Positions 33,768 through 43,936 of a stretch of DNA of 64,000 bases are shown here, piece by piece; the stretch's first letter is position 1, and every line of letters starts with the position of its first letter. The stretch lies in assembly GCA_024644045.1 (NCBI GenBank), contig JAHELT010000001.1, forward strand, positions 48,209 through 112,208, in the 5' to 3' direction. The notes below the pieces were generated by a model that was not told where the DNA came from, searched no databases, and was given only the letters and a program-made list of their open reading frames with translations. The stretch comes from Chromatiales bacterium. Its GTDB lineage: Bacteria; Pseudomonadota; Gammaproteobacteria; JAHELT01. The translations under genes and the position numbers were made by a program.

Positions 33768-35027
33768 ATGTGCGTCCGCGGGCCGATTGAACCGACAACC
33801 CGTGGCGACTGCTGGAGGCTCGTGGTGGTTGATTGTTTTATCGGACGACAGCCCATCTTTGATCGCCGCGACAAGGTGTATGCCTACGAGCTGCTGTACC
33901 GCGGCAGCCTGGACGACCGCGCCGGCGACGTGGATCTCGACGCGGCGACCTCGCGGGTGATAATGAACGCGTTCGTGGAGATCGGGCTGGACAACGTGGT
34001 CGGGCACCGCCTGGCGTTCATCAACATGACGCGTCAGTTCCTGCTCACGCCGGAGCTCATGTGCTTTCCCCCTGAACAGGTGGTGCTGGAGATCCGCGAT
34101 GACGTTGGCGTTGACGACGAGATTCGCAGCGCCGTCAACCGGCTCAAGGTGCAGGGTTACACGATCGCGCTGGACGGTTACCGCAGCGACGCGGCACACG
34201 CGCCGCTGTTCCCGTTCAGCGACATCGTCAAGCTGGATGCCCGGGCCCTGGATGAGCACGCCCGCGACACGGAGCTGCGCAAGCTGGCCGGCCAGGACGT
34301 GATGATCATGGCCAAGCGCGTCGAGACGCAGCGGGAGCGTGAACGCCTGGCCGGGCTGGGTTGCGACTACTTCCAGGGTCACTGCCTCCGGCGCGCCGAC
34401 GTGGTGAGCACGAAACGTCTGCCGGCCAACAAGCTGGCCGTGCTGGAGCTGCTGGCCAGGCTCAACGACAAGGACACCGGCATCGAGGAACTGGAGCGTC
34501 TGATCAGCCTGGATCCCTCGCTCAGCTTGCGGGTGCTGCGTTTCGTCAACTCGCCGCTCAGCGGTCTGGTCAGAACGGTCGACTCGATCCACCAGGCGGT
34601 TGTCTACCTCGGGCGCAACATCATCCGTAACTGGGTCATGCTGCTGGCCATCGCCAACCTCGACGACGTGGTTCCGGAGCTGGTCACCACGGCAATGGTG
34701 CGCGCCAGACTGTGCGAGAGTCTGGCGCGGGAATGCGCGCTGGAAAGCGCGGACTCGTACTTCACCGTCGGCATGTTCTCGCTGGTCGATGCCATCATAG
34801 GCGTGTCGCTCGAGTCGCTGCTCGAGTCGCTGCCGTTTTCGGAGGAGGTGCAGGCGGCTCTGCTGGAACAAGCCGGTCAACGCGGTGCGGCACTGGAGTG
34901 CTCCAAAGCGCTGGAAATTGGCGCGCCCGCCGGCGCGCGGTACGCCGACGTGTCCTCCGAGCGCCTCGCGGAGCTCTACCTGGAAGCGCTGCAGTGGGCC
35001 GACCTGACCACCGACACCATACACTAG
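33768..35027 (+). CDS. EAL + HDOD domain signalling protein (COG3434 type)
   Basis: The EAL-like region has ELL in place of the canonical EAL motif (YELLYRG). The HDOD domain is C-terminal (LVRTVDSIHQAVVYLGRNIIRNWVMLLA). The gene is divergent from the LysR regulator. Confidence 0.75.
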   Translation: MCVRGPIEPTTRGDCWRLVVVDCFIGRQPIFDRRDKVYAYELLYRGSLDDRAGDVDLDAATSRVIMNAFVEIGLDNVVGHRLAFINMTRQFLLTPELMCFPPEQVVLEIRDDVGVDDEIRSAVNRLKVQGYTIALDGYRSDAAHAPLFPFSDIVKLDARALDEHARDTELRKLAGQDVMIMAKRVETQRERERLAGLGCDYFQGHCLRRADVVSTKRLPANKLAVLELLARLNDKDTGIEELERLISLDPSLSLRVLRFVNSPLSGLVRTVDSIHQAVVYLGRNIIRNWVMLLAIANLDDVVPELVTTAMVRARLCESLARECALESADSYFTVGMFSLVDAIIGVSLESLLESLPFSEEVQAALLEQAGQRGAALECSKALEIGAPAGARYADVSSERLAELYLEALQWADLTTDTIH

Positions 35028-35084
35028 GCGCAAAGCCCTACCTCGATTGCGGCCCACAATGCCGGTGCTGATAGCGAGCACGAC

Positions 35085-35138
35085 CGCCCTGCAGCGCCGC
35101 CCGTTGCGCAGGGCGCCTCTTTCATATCTGTCGTTTTT
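35085..35138 (+). terminator. Intrinsic terminator after the EAL/HDOD gene
   Basis: An 8-bp GC stem (cgccctgc...gcagggcg) with a 13-nt loop, followed by cctctttcatatctgtcgttttt. Confidence 0.5.
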
Positions 35139-35190
35139 GCTATACGGTTCGCGATTGCGAGCCAGCGTGTAGCCTAACATCGGCGGTATT

Positions 35191-35655
35191 ATGCGTACTC
35201 ACGTGACTACGGCGGTCGTTACCGCCGCGCTTCTGGTGCTCGGTACCGGCGTGGCCCAGGCGAAAGTCTACAAATGGGTGGACGAGAACGGGGTTACCCA
35301 GTACACCCAGTATCCGCCGCCCAAGGGCAGCGCCAGGGAAATCACCGTACCTTCGGCGCCGAGCGCGGATCCGGCCACCCAGCTCAAAGATCTGCAGCAG
35401 CGTGTGGAAGCCCTTGACAAGCAGCGCAAGGAGCGCGCCCTCGCCGACGAGGAGACCGCGGAGCAACGCGCCGACCGCGAGAGGCTGGTCGCGGACTGCA
35501 AACGCATCCGTAGCGAGCTGGAGGTGATCAGCAACAACCCGCGGTTGCTGGAGGAAGGCCAGGACGGCACGCGCGTGCGCATGACCGAAGAACGTCGGCA
35601 GGAACGCATCGCAACTTACAAGCAGCAGATACGCGACTATTGCTCGGACGGGTAG
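35191..35655 (+). CDS. DUF4124 domain secreted protein
   Basis: Signal peptide followed by KVYKWVDENGVTQYTQYPP (DUF4124) and a coiled-coil, charged C-terminus. Confidence 0.75.
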   Translation: MRTHVTTAVVTAALLVLGTGVAQAKVYKWVDENGVTQYTQYPPPKGSAREITVPSAPSADPATQLKDLQQRVEALDKQRKERALADEETAEQRADRERLVADCKRIRSELEVISNNPRLLEEGQDGTRVRMTEERRQERIATYKQQIRDYCSDG

Positions 35656-35739
35656 GCACTCGACCGTGCGGTTCGCGCGGCGCCATCACCTCCAACCTGG
35701 TGTACCATCGCACCCCAGCTTCGCTGATAATGAAATGGC

Positions 35740-37446
35740 ATGCGTGCTCAAGCCTTCCATCTGATCACTCTCAAGGAAACACCGGCCGACGCTGAGATCG
35801 TCAGTCATCAGCTGATGATTCGCGCCGGCATGATCCACCGTCTCGCGTCCGGTCTGTACACGTGGCTGCCGCTCGGCCAGCGCGTGCTGCGCAAGGTGGA
35901 ACAGGTGGTACGCGAGGAAATGGACCGCGCCGGCGCACTCGAGATGAGCATGCCCGCGGTACAGCCCGCAGAGCTGTGGCAGGAGTCGGGGCGCTGGAAC
36001 GACTTCGGGCCGGAACTGCTGCGCTTCCGGGACCGGCACGAGCGCGACTTCTGCTTCGGCCCCACGCACGAGGAAGTGATTACCGACATCGCGCGGCGGG
36101 ACTTGAAAAGCTACCGCCAGCTGCCGGTCAACTACTACCAGATCCAGACGAAGTTCCGCGACGAGATCCGTCCGCGTTTCGGCGTGATGCGGGCGCGCGA
36201 ATTCATCATGAAAGACGCTTACTCGTTTCATGCAAGCCCAGCCTCGCTGCAGCGGACCTACGATGTAATGTACACCGCCTACCGGCGGATATTCACACGC
36301 CTCGGGTTGCACTACCGCGCGGTGGAAGCGGACTCCGGCGCAATCGGCGGCAAGACCTCGCACGAGTTTCACGTGCTGGCGGACAGCGGCGAGGACGCAA
36401 TCGCCTTCTCCGACGAAAGCGACTACGCGGCCAACGTCGAGCGCGCCCCCGGCATGCCCGCAGGCAAACGACCGGCAGCCCGCGAACAGCTTCGCGAAGT
36501 CGCCACCCCCGAAACGCACACGATCAAAGCGCTGACTGAGTTCCTCGACGTTGACGCCGAACGCTGCCTGAAGACGCTGCTCGTCGCGGGCAGCGAGGCA
36601 CCGGTGGTGGCGCTCGTGCTGCGTGGCGACCATGAGCTGAATGCGATCAAGGCGTCCCGGCAGGAGGGCGTCGCCAATCCGCTGCGCATGGCGGACGAGG
36701 CGGCGATCCGGGAGGCCACGGGCGCCGGTGCCGGCTCCGTGGGCCCCGTGGGGCTGTCGGTTCCGCTGATCGCCGACCACGCCGCAGCCGCAGTGGCGGA
36801 TGCCGTTTGCGGCGCCAACCGGGACGGCTACCACTACACGGGCGTCAACTGGGGGCGCGACCTGGAGGAGCCGCAGGTTGCCGATCTGCGTAACGTGGTC
36901 GGCGGCGACCCGAGTCCGGACGGGCGCGGCGCGCTGCGTATCGCCCGCGGCATCGAAGTGGGACACATATTTCAGCTCGGCGACAAGTACAGCCAGAGCA
37001 TGCAGGCCAGTGTGCTCGATGAGGAGGGTAAACCGGTGATGATGCAGATGGGCTGTTACGGTATCGGCGTCACCCGGGTGGTGGCCGCGGCGATCGAACA
37101 GAATCACGATGAGCACGGCGTCATGTGGCCCGATCCGATCGCGCCGTTTCAGATAGCCCTGCTGCCCATCAATGCAGCGAAATCGGAGCGCGTCCGCGCG
37201 GCCGCCGACGAGCTTTATGAAAAGCTGCTGGCCGACGGATACGAAGTGTTGCTCGACGACCGGGGACTGCGTCCCGGCGTGATGTTCGCCGACATCGACC
37301 TGATCGGGATTCCCCATCGCCTGGTGCTCGGCGAGAAAGGGCTCGATGCGGGCACCATCGAGTACAAGGCGCGTCGCGCGGCCGGCACCGAGCACGTCGA
37401 TCTGGCGGCGCTGGAGACGTTTCTCGCCGAGCGCGTACAATCGTGA
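35740..37446 (+). CDS. proS: Proline--tRNA ligase
   Basis: 568-aa bacterial-type ProRS with an editing domain insertion. The N-terminus is [24 protein letters not shown]. Confidence 0.96.
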   Translation: MRAQAFHLITLKETPADAEIVSHQLMIRAGMIHRLASGLYTWLPLGQRVLRKVEQVVREEMDRAGALEMSMPAVQPAELWQESGRWNDFGPELLRFRDRHERDFCFGPTHEEVITDIARRDLKSYRQLPVNYYQIQTKFRDEIRPRFGVMRAREFIMKDAYSFHASPASLQRTYDVMYTAYRRIFTRLGLHYRAVEADSGAIGGKTSHEFHVLADSGEDAIAFSDESDYAANVERAPGMPAGKRPAAREQLREVATPETHTIKALTEFLDVDAERCLKTLLVAGSEAPVVALVLRGDHELNAIKASRQEGVANPLRMADEAAIREATGAGAGSVGPVGLSVPLIADHAAAAVADAVCGANRDGYHYTGVNWGRDLEEPQVADLRNVVGGDPSPDGRGALRIARGIEVGHIFQLGDKYSQSMQASVLDEEGKPVMMQMGCYGIGVTRVVAAAIEQNHDEHGVMWPDPIAPFQIALLPINAAKSERVRAAADELYEKLLADGYEVLLDDRGLRPGVMFADIDLIGIPHRLVLGEKGLDAGTIEYKARRAAGTEHVDLAALETFLAERVQS

Positions 37447-38051
37447 CACTGCGAGCGTTGCCGCTGGTACTGTCACTGGCAGTACTCGCCGGGTGTGCCG
37501 GATTACGCGGCGCCGGCACCGCGCCCGCTGCCGGGCAGGCCGCCGGTGAGGCGCAGAGGATAGCGCAGCTGAGCGCCGTAATCGTCGCGCTCGGCACCGA
37601 AGTGGATGCCGATGAGGCACGGCGTGCCGCTGAGGTCGCCGTGCGCTACCCGTTGCAGCTGGCCGCACAGTACCAGCTCACCACGCCACCCCTGTGGCAC
37701 AACACGCTGGTCAACCTCGGTGTCAAACCGCGCGGTCTGTGCGTGCACTGGACGCGCGATATGCTGATCCGGCTGAGAGAGCTGCGCTTGAGCACGCTCA
37801 CCACGCATTGGGGTGTGGCCAACGCCGAGGCCGTGTTTCGTATAGAACACAGCACCGCGATCATCGGCATCCGTGGCGAACCGATGGAATCCGGCGTCGT
37901 GCTGGACCCGTGGCGCGACTCGGGCCGGCTGTTCTGGTCGAAGGTCGGCGACGACACCCGCTACCGCTGGCGACCGCTTGCTGAGGTGCAGGCGGAGCGC
38001 CGGCGCAAACAGACCGAAGTGGCCGAGTCCCGCGCGTATCCGACTCGCTAG
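37443..38051 (+). CDS. Lipoprotein of unknown function
   Basis: Lipobox LAVLAGC-A. Its GTG start overlaps the proS TGA (GTGA). Confidence 0.6.
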   Translation: MTLRALPLVLSLAVLAGCAGLRGAGTAPAAGQAAGEAQRIAQLSAVIVALGTEVDADEARRAAEVAVRYPLQLAAQYQLTTPPLWHNTLVNLGVKPRGLCVHWTRDMLIRLRELRLSTLTTHWGVANAEAVFRIEHSTAIIGIRGEPMESGVVLDPWRDSGRLFWSKVGDDTRYRWRPLAEVQAERRRKQTEVAESRAYPTR

Positions 38052-38063
38052 CCCGTCGCCACG

Positions 38064-39848
38064 TCAGGCGCCGGTGGGCGGCGGCGTCACGCGCAGCACT
38101 TCATCGACGCTGGTCACACCGGCAGCCACTTTCTGCGCACCGCTCAGGCGCAGCGGTTTCATCCCCTCCTGGACCGCGGCGCGCCGGATATCGGCGATGT
38201 CGGACTGGTCCTTGACCAGGCTGCGAATCAGCGGCGAGAACTTGAAAATCTCGTAGATGCCGGTGCGGCCCATGTACCCGGTGTTGCGGCACTCCAGACA
38301 GCCCACCGGGACGTTCGCCTGCGACGGCGCCTTGGAAGACCAGGGACGCACCAGATCCCGCCACATCCCCGGCTCCAGCGCGGTAGGTGCGCGGCAGTGC
38401 GGGCACAGCGTACGGGCGAGCCGCTGCGCGACCACCCCGAGCAGCGTGGCATTGATCAGATAAGAAGGGACCCCCAGCTCCAGCAGGCGGGTGATCGCCG
38501 AGGGCGCATCGTTGGTGTGCAGGGTCGACAGCACCAAGTGCCCCGTCAGCGCTGCCTGCGTCGCCATCTCCGCGGTCTCTATATCGCGGATCTCGCCGAC
38601 CATGATGATGTCCGGATCCTGACGCAGCAGCGTGCGAATGCCGGAGGCGAAGTCCAGACCGATGTTGGGCTGCACCTGCATCTGGTTGAACTCGTTCATC
38701 ACCAGCTCGATCGGGTCCTCGATCGTGGAAACGTTGACCTCCGGGACCGCCACCTGTTTCAACGTCGAGTAGAGCGTGGTGGTCTTGCCCGATCCCGTCG
38801 GGCCGGTCACCAGGACGATGCCGTGAGGATGGTCGACCAGTTCCTGCCAGACGTCGTTCTCGGCGCGGCTGAAACCGAGCTGGGTCGCCGTCTTGACCAG
38901 CACATCGGGATTGAAAATGCGCATCACCAGCTTTTCGCCGAACGCGGTCGGCATGGTGGACAGGCGCAGCTCGACCTCGCGCCCGTTCTGATCGCGCGTT
39001 TTCAGTCGCCCGTCCTGGGGCCGGCGTTTTTCGGCAACGTCCATACGCCCGACGATCTTGATGCGGCTGGTCACCGCAGCCATTACCGCCGCCGGGATCT
39101 CATAAACGTTGTGCAGCACGCCATCGATGCGGAACCGCACCGAGCCGTGCTCGCGCCTGGGCTCGAGGTGGATGTCACTGGCGCGCTGATCGAACGCGTA
39201 CTGCAGCAGCCAGTCGACGATGTTCACCACGTGCTGGTCGTTGGCGTCCAGACCGCCGGCACGGCCCAGCTCCACCAGCTGCTCTAGATTCTGGACCCCC
39301 GACGGGACGGCATGGGCACCGTCTTCCGATGCGCTGCGCACCGAGCGCGACAGCGAATAGAACTCCGTGAGATAGCGCTGAATCTGATCGGGGCTGGAGA
39401 AGACCCGGACGATCTGCTTGCGCAGGATATTCTCGAGCTCCTGTTCCCACTCTCGCACGAAGGGTTCGGCGACCGCGAACGTGACGCTCGTCTCGGTGAC
39501 CTTGATCGGCAGGATGCAGAAGCGGGCGGCGTAGGCGTAAGACACCACGCTGGTCACCGACGGCACGTCGACCTTCAGGGGATCGATACGGTGGTACGGT
39601 AAATCGACGCGGTCGGCCAGCCACTGGGTGAGAAAATCGACCGTCAGCTTCTGCCCGGACTCCGCGGCGATATTGCGTTCCGCGATGAAGATCAGCGCGT
39701 GTTTGGCGCGGTGTTCACCGCCTTTCGCAACGGCTTTCGCCAGACGCGCTTCGTCCGGCAGCGCGAGACCTTCCTGAACGAGGTCGTCGACGATCTGATC
39801 GATCGGCAAGCGGCCCTCGAACTTGGTGTCTGCCAGAACCTGATTCAT
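38064..39848 (-). CDS. GspE/PilB-family secretion ATPase (orphan; no gsp/pil partners nearby)
   Basis: Walker A VLVTGPTGSGKTTTLYS, Asp/His boxes (DPDIIMVGEIRD; LVLSTLHTNDAPS) and a C-terminal tetracysteine CPHC...CLECR. The ATG at 39848 overlaps the acyP TGA (ATGA). Its N-terminal domain does not fit the MshE c-di-GMP motif. Confidence 0.85.
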   Translation of the reverse strand: MNQVLADTKFEGRLPIDQIVDDLVQEGLALPDEARLAKAVAKGGEHRAKHALIFIAERNIAAESGQKLTVDFLTQWLADRVDLPYHRIDPLKVDVPSVTSVVSYAYAARFCILPIKVTETSVTFAVAEPFVREWEQELENILRKQIVRVFSSPDQIQRYLTEFYSLSRSVRSASEDGAHAVPSGVQNLEQLVELGRAGGLDANDQHVVNIVDWLLQYAFDQRASDIHLEPRREHGSVRFRIDGVLHNVYEIPAAVMAAVTSRIKIVGRMDVAEKRRPQDGRLKTRDQNGREVELRLSTMPTAFGEKLVMRIFNPDVLVKTATQLGFSRAENDVWQELVDHPHGIVLVTGPTGSGKTTTLYSTLKQVAVPEVNVSTIEDPIELVMNEFNQMQVQPNIGLDFASGIRTLLRQDPDIIMVGEIRDIETAEMATQAALTGHLVLSTLHTNDAPSAITRLLELGVPSYLINATLLGVVAQRLARTLCPHCRAPTALEPGMWRDLVRPWSSKAPSQANVPVGCLECRNTGYMGRTGIYEIFKFSPLIRSLVKDQSDIADIRRAAVQEGMKPLRLSGAQKVAAGVTSVDEVLRVTPPPTGA

Positions 39849-40168
39849 CGTCTGATCCGGAACTCCGAGAAGTCTTCCCACGGCTGCGGCGCGCAGCTCA
39901 CGTCGCTCACGATGGCGTACGCTGGGCCCTTATGCAACCACGCCCGAAACGTCCGCAGCGCCGATTCCTCGCCGCAGGCCAGGGCCTCTACCGCACCGTC
40001 CCGGCGGTTTCTGACCCAGCCGGTTACGTGCAACCCCTGTGCCATCGCGAGCGCCGCCGCGCGAAAAGCCACGCCCTGCACCCGCCCCCGCACGATACAG
40101 CGCACGCACCGCACTAGGGTTGGCTCACCGATCAGCTCCAGGTGCCGTGCAAGCCGGTGGATTGTCAC
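39845..40168 (-). CDS. acyP: Acylphosphatase
   Basis: Both acylphosphatase signatures are present: VRGRVQGVAFR and GWVRN. Confidence 0.85.
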   Translation of the reverse strand: MTIHRLARHLELIGEPTLVRCVRCIVRGRVQGVAFRAAALAMAQGLHVTGWVRNRRDGAVEALACGEESALRTFRAWLHKGPAYAIVSDVSCAPQPWEDFSEFRIRR

Positions 40169-40198
40169 CGCTCGGTGCCGACAATGCTGGGATCGACA

Positions 40199-40969
40199 TC
40201 ACGGTAGCTCAACACCCACGGCGGTGCCCGGGAAGAAACGTTCTTGCGGGGGATGCACAAAGCGCAGCACGAACGCCGCGCCGGGCTGCTCTGCGCTCGG
40301 CAACGTCAGTGCCACTACCTCGGCAGCGTACTCCTGCTTGTCGATCGATACCCTGGCCGGATCGCCCAGGCGCACGGCGAGAAACGTGGTCACCGACACG
40401 GGGACGTACACCTCCATCTGCCCAGCCATTGCGATGGTGACGTGCGGCTGCGCGCGAAAACGGCTCACCACCAGCTCTCCCGGCTGCACGCTGACGGTCA
40501 GCACGATCGCAGGCCGCGGCGCCCGCAGCTCGCTCTGCGCGAGCGCCAGCGCGGCCAGCTCCAACTCCGCAAGGTTGCGGCGGTGGGTGGCATCGGCCGC
40601 CTCGAAGGCCAGCTCCGCATCGCGCAGCTCGTAGTCGGAAATCACCGTCCTCGCATGCAGGTCGGCGGCCGTTTCCAGCTCACGCCGGGCCTCGGCCAGG
40701 ACCGGCGCACCTATGTCCAGCAGGGCCTGCGCGCGCTGGCGGCGCGTCTCGAACGTCCGCGCGTCCAGGCGTGCCAGGACCTCGCCGGCCGCAACCTGCA
40801 TGCCCGGCTTCGCCGGCACTTCGCTGACCACGCCCGAGACGGGGAAGCTGAGGCGCGTCTGACCCGCCCAGCGCAGCTCGCCGCTGAGCGATTCGGCAGC
40901 CTGCACCGGGGCGCTCACCAGCAGCGTCGCCAGTGCGGCACGGATCACGTTACTCATGGTACAGGACAC
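40199..40969 (-). CDS. HlyD-family periplasmic adaptor (short; cleavable signal peptide, no membrane anchor)
   Basis: Biotin-lipoyl-like and beta-barrel segments (VSGVVSEVPAKPGMQVAAGEVLARLD; coiled-coil). Its start overlaps the tolC stop. Confidence 0.75.
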   Translation of the reverse strand: MSCTMSNVIRAALATLLVSAPVQAAESLSGELRWAGQTRLSFPVSGVVSEVPAKPGMQVAAGEVLARLDARTFETRRQRAQALLDIGAPVLAEARRELETAADLHARTVISDYELRDAELAFEAADATHRRNLAELELAALALAQSELRAPRPAIVLTVSVQPGELVVSRFRAQPHVTIAMAGQMEVYVPVSVTTFLAVRLGDPARVSIDKQEYAAEVVALTLPSAEQPGAAFVLRFVHPPQERFFPGTAVGVELP

Positions 40970-42282
40970 TAGTCGTCTCCATCGGGGTCGCGTGACACGA
41001 CCTGCCGGATGACTTCGTTGTGCGTACCCAGGAGGGCATGCAACCGCTCCCAGGCCAGCGTATGCGAGTAGGCGACGCGCGCGGTCTCGACGTGCGCCGC
41101 GGAGAACTCGGCCATCGCATCGCCCAGGTCCGAACGCACGGAACGCTCGTACAGCGCCCGGCTGCGATCCAGGTACAGATCGCGGTAGTCCTCGTTCACC
41201 AGGGTCTCGCGCCGGCGCACACGCAGCAACGTTATCCGCTGCCAGACACCCAGCAGCGCATGGCGCAGCTGGGCTTCGAAGCGGTGCAGCTCGGCACGCG
41301 CCAGGCGGCGCCCGGCGAGCGCCTCGGCGATGCTCGCCTCGCCGCGCTCACCGGTATACAGCGGCACATTGAGGTTCACGCCCAGGCGCCATTCGTCGTT
41401 GCCGGACTCGTCGCGCGAGTAGGCGGCAACCTCGGCGCCGGCATGCAGGGTGGGTCGCACGCTGGCGCGCGCCGACGACAGCGCCTGCGCGCTGGCGCTC
41501 AACCGCTCGCGCAATGACAGCAGCCGCGGGTTACTGGCAGTGGCGGTCTCCAGCAGCTGCTCGTAGGCCGGGAGGTCCCTGTCCCAGTCGACCAGTTCGG
41601 GTTCGGCGAGATTGGCCGACAGCTCACCCGGTCGGTTCATGGTCTGCGCCAGCGCTTCACGCGCCAGGCGCTGGCGCTGCTCCGCCGCCGTGCGCTTGGC
41701 CAGAAACCGCTCATACTCCGCTTCGGCCTCCAGCAGCTCGATGTCCGAGACCTGGCCGAACGCGCTGCGCTCGCGCAACCGATCAAAACGCAGAAACGTC
41801 ATGGTCATCGCCTCGTTGCGCGCAATGAATTCCAGGTCCGCAATCAGTGCATCGAAAAAGCTCTGCATTACCCGCAGACGCTGCTCGCTGACCCGGTCGA
41901 CGAGCTCCCATTGGAACTGCTGCACCTCGGCGCTCGCGGCAGCGTCGCGTGCACTGCTTCGCCCGAAGTCATACAGCAGCGTATCGGCGTTGAGACTGAC
42001 CTTGTGATCGTCATGGTCCCGGTCAAAGGCCCGCTCGCTGGGGCCGATCCAGCGTGCGCGCGTGTTCAGTGACACGGTCCAGTCATCGGCAGCCGTACCG
42101 GCACGCCGCACCGCGTTGGCACGCTCGACCGCCGCCTGGGCGCGCTCGACCTCAGGGTGCCCGGTGCCGACCTGTTCCAGCGCATAGTCCAGCGTCAGCG
42201 GATCGGGCAGCGACTGGGGAGAGGCGCGGAGCCCCGCGCTCAGGAACAACGCCAGCAGCGAAAGCACGAACGCGCGCGTCAC
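40969..42282 (-). CDS. TolC-family outer membrane efflux protein (OEP)
   Basis: 437-aa product with a signal peptide and two OEP repeats. Confidence 0.85.
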   Translation of the reverse strand: MTRAFVLSLLALFLSAGLRASPQSLPDPLTLDYALEQVGTGHPEVERAQAAVERANAVRRAGTAADDWTVSLNTRARWIGPSERAFDRDHDDHKVSLNADTLLYDFGRSSARDAAASAEVQQFQWELVDRVSEQRLRVMQSFFDALIADLEFIARNEAMTMTFLRFDRLRERSAFGQVSDIELLEAEAEYERFLAKRTAAEQRQRLAREALAQTMNRPGELSANLAEPELVDWDRDLPAYEQLLETATASNPRLLSLRERLSASAQALSSARASVRPTLHAGAEVAAYSRDESGNDEWRLGVNLNVPLYTGERGEASIAEALAGRRLARAELHRFEAQLRHALLGVWQRITLLRVRRRETLVNEDYRDLYLDRSRALYERSVRSDLGDAMAEFSAAHVETARVAYSHTLAWERLHALLGTHNEVIRQVVSRDPDGDD

Positions 42283-42359
42283 GACTCAGGCCCTGGAGGC
42301 GCGTCGCGCGTGTGCGCAAACCCGCGCGTGTCCGCTTACGCGGCCGATCGGCCCGGCGA

Positions 42360-42899
42360 TCATTGCCCGGCGGAACGCTTGCGCGCACGTTTGTAACGCG
42401 TGAAGTTGGTTTCTGCGTACAAGCCCTGGGCAACGAATTCGCCCAGCCACATGAACTCGTCGATGCCCGATGCGGCCCCGGTGTAGCGCTGCACCAGCTG
42501 GCCCTGCAGATCGTAAAAAGCAAACACCGGCGTGGCCCGCACGCGATTCTGCACCGTGGCGAACTCGTGCTCGAGCAGGGTGCGGCCCTGAAAGTCGACG
42601 ACCTCGACCTGCCCCTCGATATCCACTGTGAAGCACAGGAAATGCTCGCGGTAGAAATCCTGTACGCGGGGTTGGTTCAGCACCGTGGACTTCATGCGGT
42701 GACAGAACGGGCAGTCATCCATTTCGAAGAACAGCAGCACGCCTTTCTTGTTCTCCGCGCTGGCCCGCTGCAGCTCCTCGGCGAAATCGCCGAAGCCGGT
42801 TTCGAAGAAAAACTGATACGGATCGCGCGGGGCGCCCGCGCGCGCCGCGAAGGTCGCCAGTATCAGCACTAGGGGAAGGCACTTCAGGCAGCTGCGCAC
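42360..42899 (-). CDS. Periplasmic thioredoxin-fold protein (CPFC active site)
   Basis: Signal peptide, then LLFFEMDDCPFCHRM, a thioredoxin-like CxxC motif. Confidence 0.7.
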   Translation of the reverse strand: MRSCLKCLPLVLILATFAARAGAPRDPYQFFFETGFGDFAEELQRASAENKKGVLLFFEMDDCPFCHRMKSTVLNQPRVQDFYREHFLCFTVDIEGQVEVVDFQGRTLLEHEFATVQNRVRATPVFAFYDLQGQLVQRYTGAASGIDEFMWLGEFVAQGLYAETNFTRYKRARKRSAGQ

Positions 42900-43026
42900 C
42901 TCGCGCTCCTTGACCTGGTTACTATTGGCCGTAAAGCATACGAGAAATGCAACATTTTATCCCGCACGCGCCCTGCCGGCATTGATTTGCGACAACCGGA
43001 AGGCGCAACGCGCTCCTGAGAAATGC

Positions 43027-43051
43027 GAAGAGGCCCTCGTGGGGCCTCTTC
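43027..43051 (-). terminator. Terminator hairpin downstream of the LysM gene; a second palindrome lies at 43059-43078
   Basis: gaagaggccc-tcgtg-gggcctcttc is a 10-bp stem followed on the minus strand by a T-rich tract. The adjacent ctgcgcgcc-gg-ggcgcgcag is a 9-bp palindrome. Confidence 0.5.
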
Positions 43052-43084
43052 GGGGGAACTGCGCGCCGGGGCGCGCAGCAACCA

Positions 43085-43756
43085 TCAGTTGTTGCTGAGG
43101 TACTCCAGGTCGCTGGCCTCAACCGCGCCGAGCGCCCAGGCACCGCGATTGCGTGCATGCCTGACGGCCGCCTCGACTTCCGTCTGATACGGCTGCTGGC
43201 GGAACTCCAGCCACTGGCCCGGGTAGATCAGGTCAGCGTCCTCGATGATCCCGGTGTTGTTGCGATAGATCAGCGGCCACTGGTAGGGATCGCCGTAGAC
43301 GAAGTTCAGCCCGGAGATGGCCCAGAGCGAATCGCCCGTCTCGACCTCGTAGCGACCCATGGTGTTGGCGGGGGGCGGCTCCATGGTGGAGGTCGTCATG
43401 GTCGGCGTGGACGGTTCGAACTTGGCGTTCTCCGCCTGGTACTGGCGCAACGCATTCTCCGCCTGGCGCTTGGCCTGGTTGGCAAGCTTGATCGCCTTGT
43501 CGTTGTCGCACTCGGGGTCCCGGGCAGCGGCTTCGGCCTGCTTGATCAGCTTTTCGGTATCCCGCCACGCGTAGGCGACCGCCTGGGCTTCCTGGGCCGC
43601 CGCTTTAGCGGCATCGATGGCATTCCGCGCCGCGGCACTCATCTCGCACGGCGGCGGCGCCTCGGTCATCGTCGTTTGCTGTTGGGCACAGCCTGCTCCC
43701 AATCCCAGCACCAGCGCTGCTACACCAAACTGTCTGCAATACGCACGGATATTCAT
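43085..43756 (-). CDS. LysM peptidoglycan-binding lipoprotein
   Basis: Lipobox LGAGC-A and a C-terminal LysM domain (YEVETGDSLWAISG...DLIYPGQWL). It has a GGAGG RBS and a long AT-rich 5' UTR. Confidence 0.8.
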   Translation of the reverse strand: MNIRAYCRQFGVAALVLGLGAGCAQQQTTMTEAPPPCEMSAAARNAIDAAKAAAQEAQAVAYAWRDTEKLIKQAEAAARDPECDNDKAIKLANQAKRQAENALRQYQAENAKFEPSTPTMTTSTMEPPPANTMGRYEVETGDSLWAISGLNFVYGDPYQWPLIYRNNTGIIEDADLIYPGQWLEFRQQPYQTEVEAAVRHARNRGAWALGAVEASDLEYLSNN

Positions 43757-43936
43757 CGTGTGGCCTCCAGGCGCAACAATTTATTTAGGAATTCCGAGAA
43801 GTTATTGTTTTTCGTGTTGTAGTTTTGCAACCGGGCCGGAAATTACCATCCGCACCCGTTGGGGGTCAAGCCGCAAACTTTATCTCACCGCGCGCTCAAG
43901 CGCTACTGAGACGGAGTTCACACTAACCCCGCCGGC

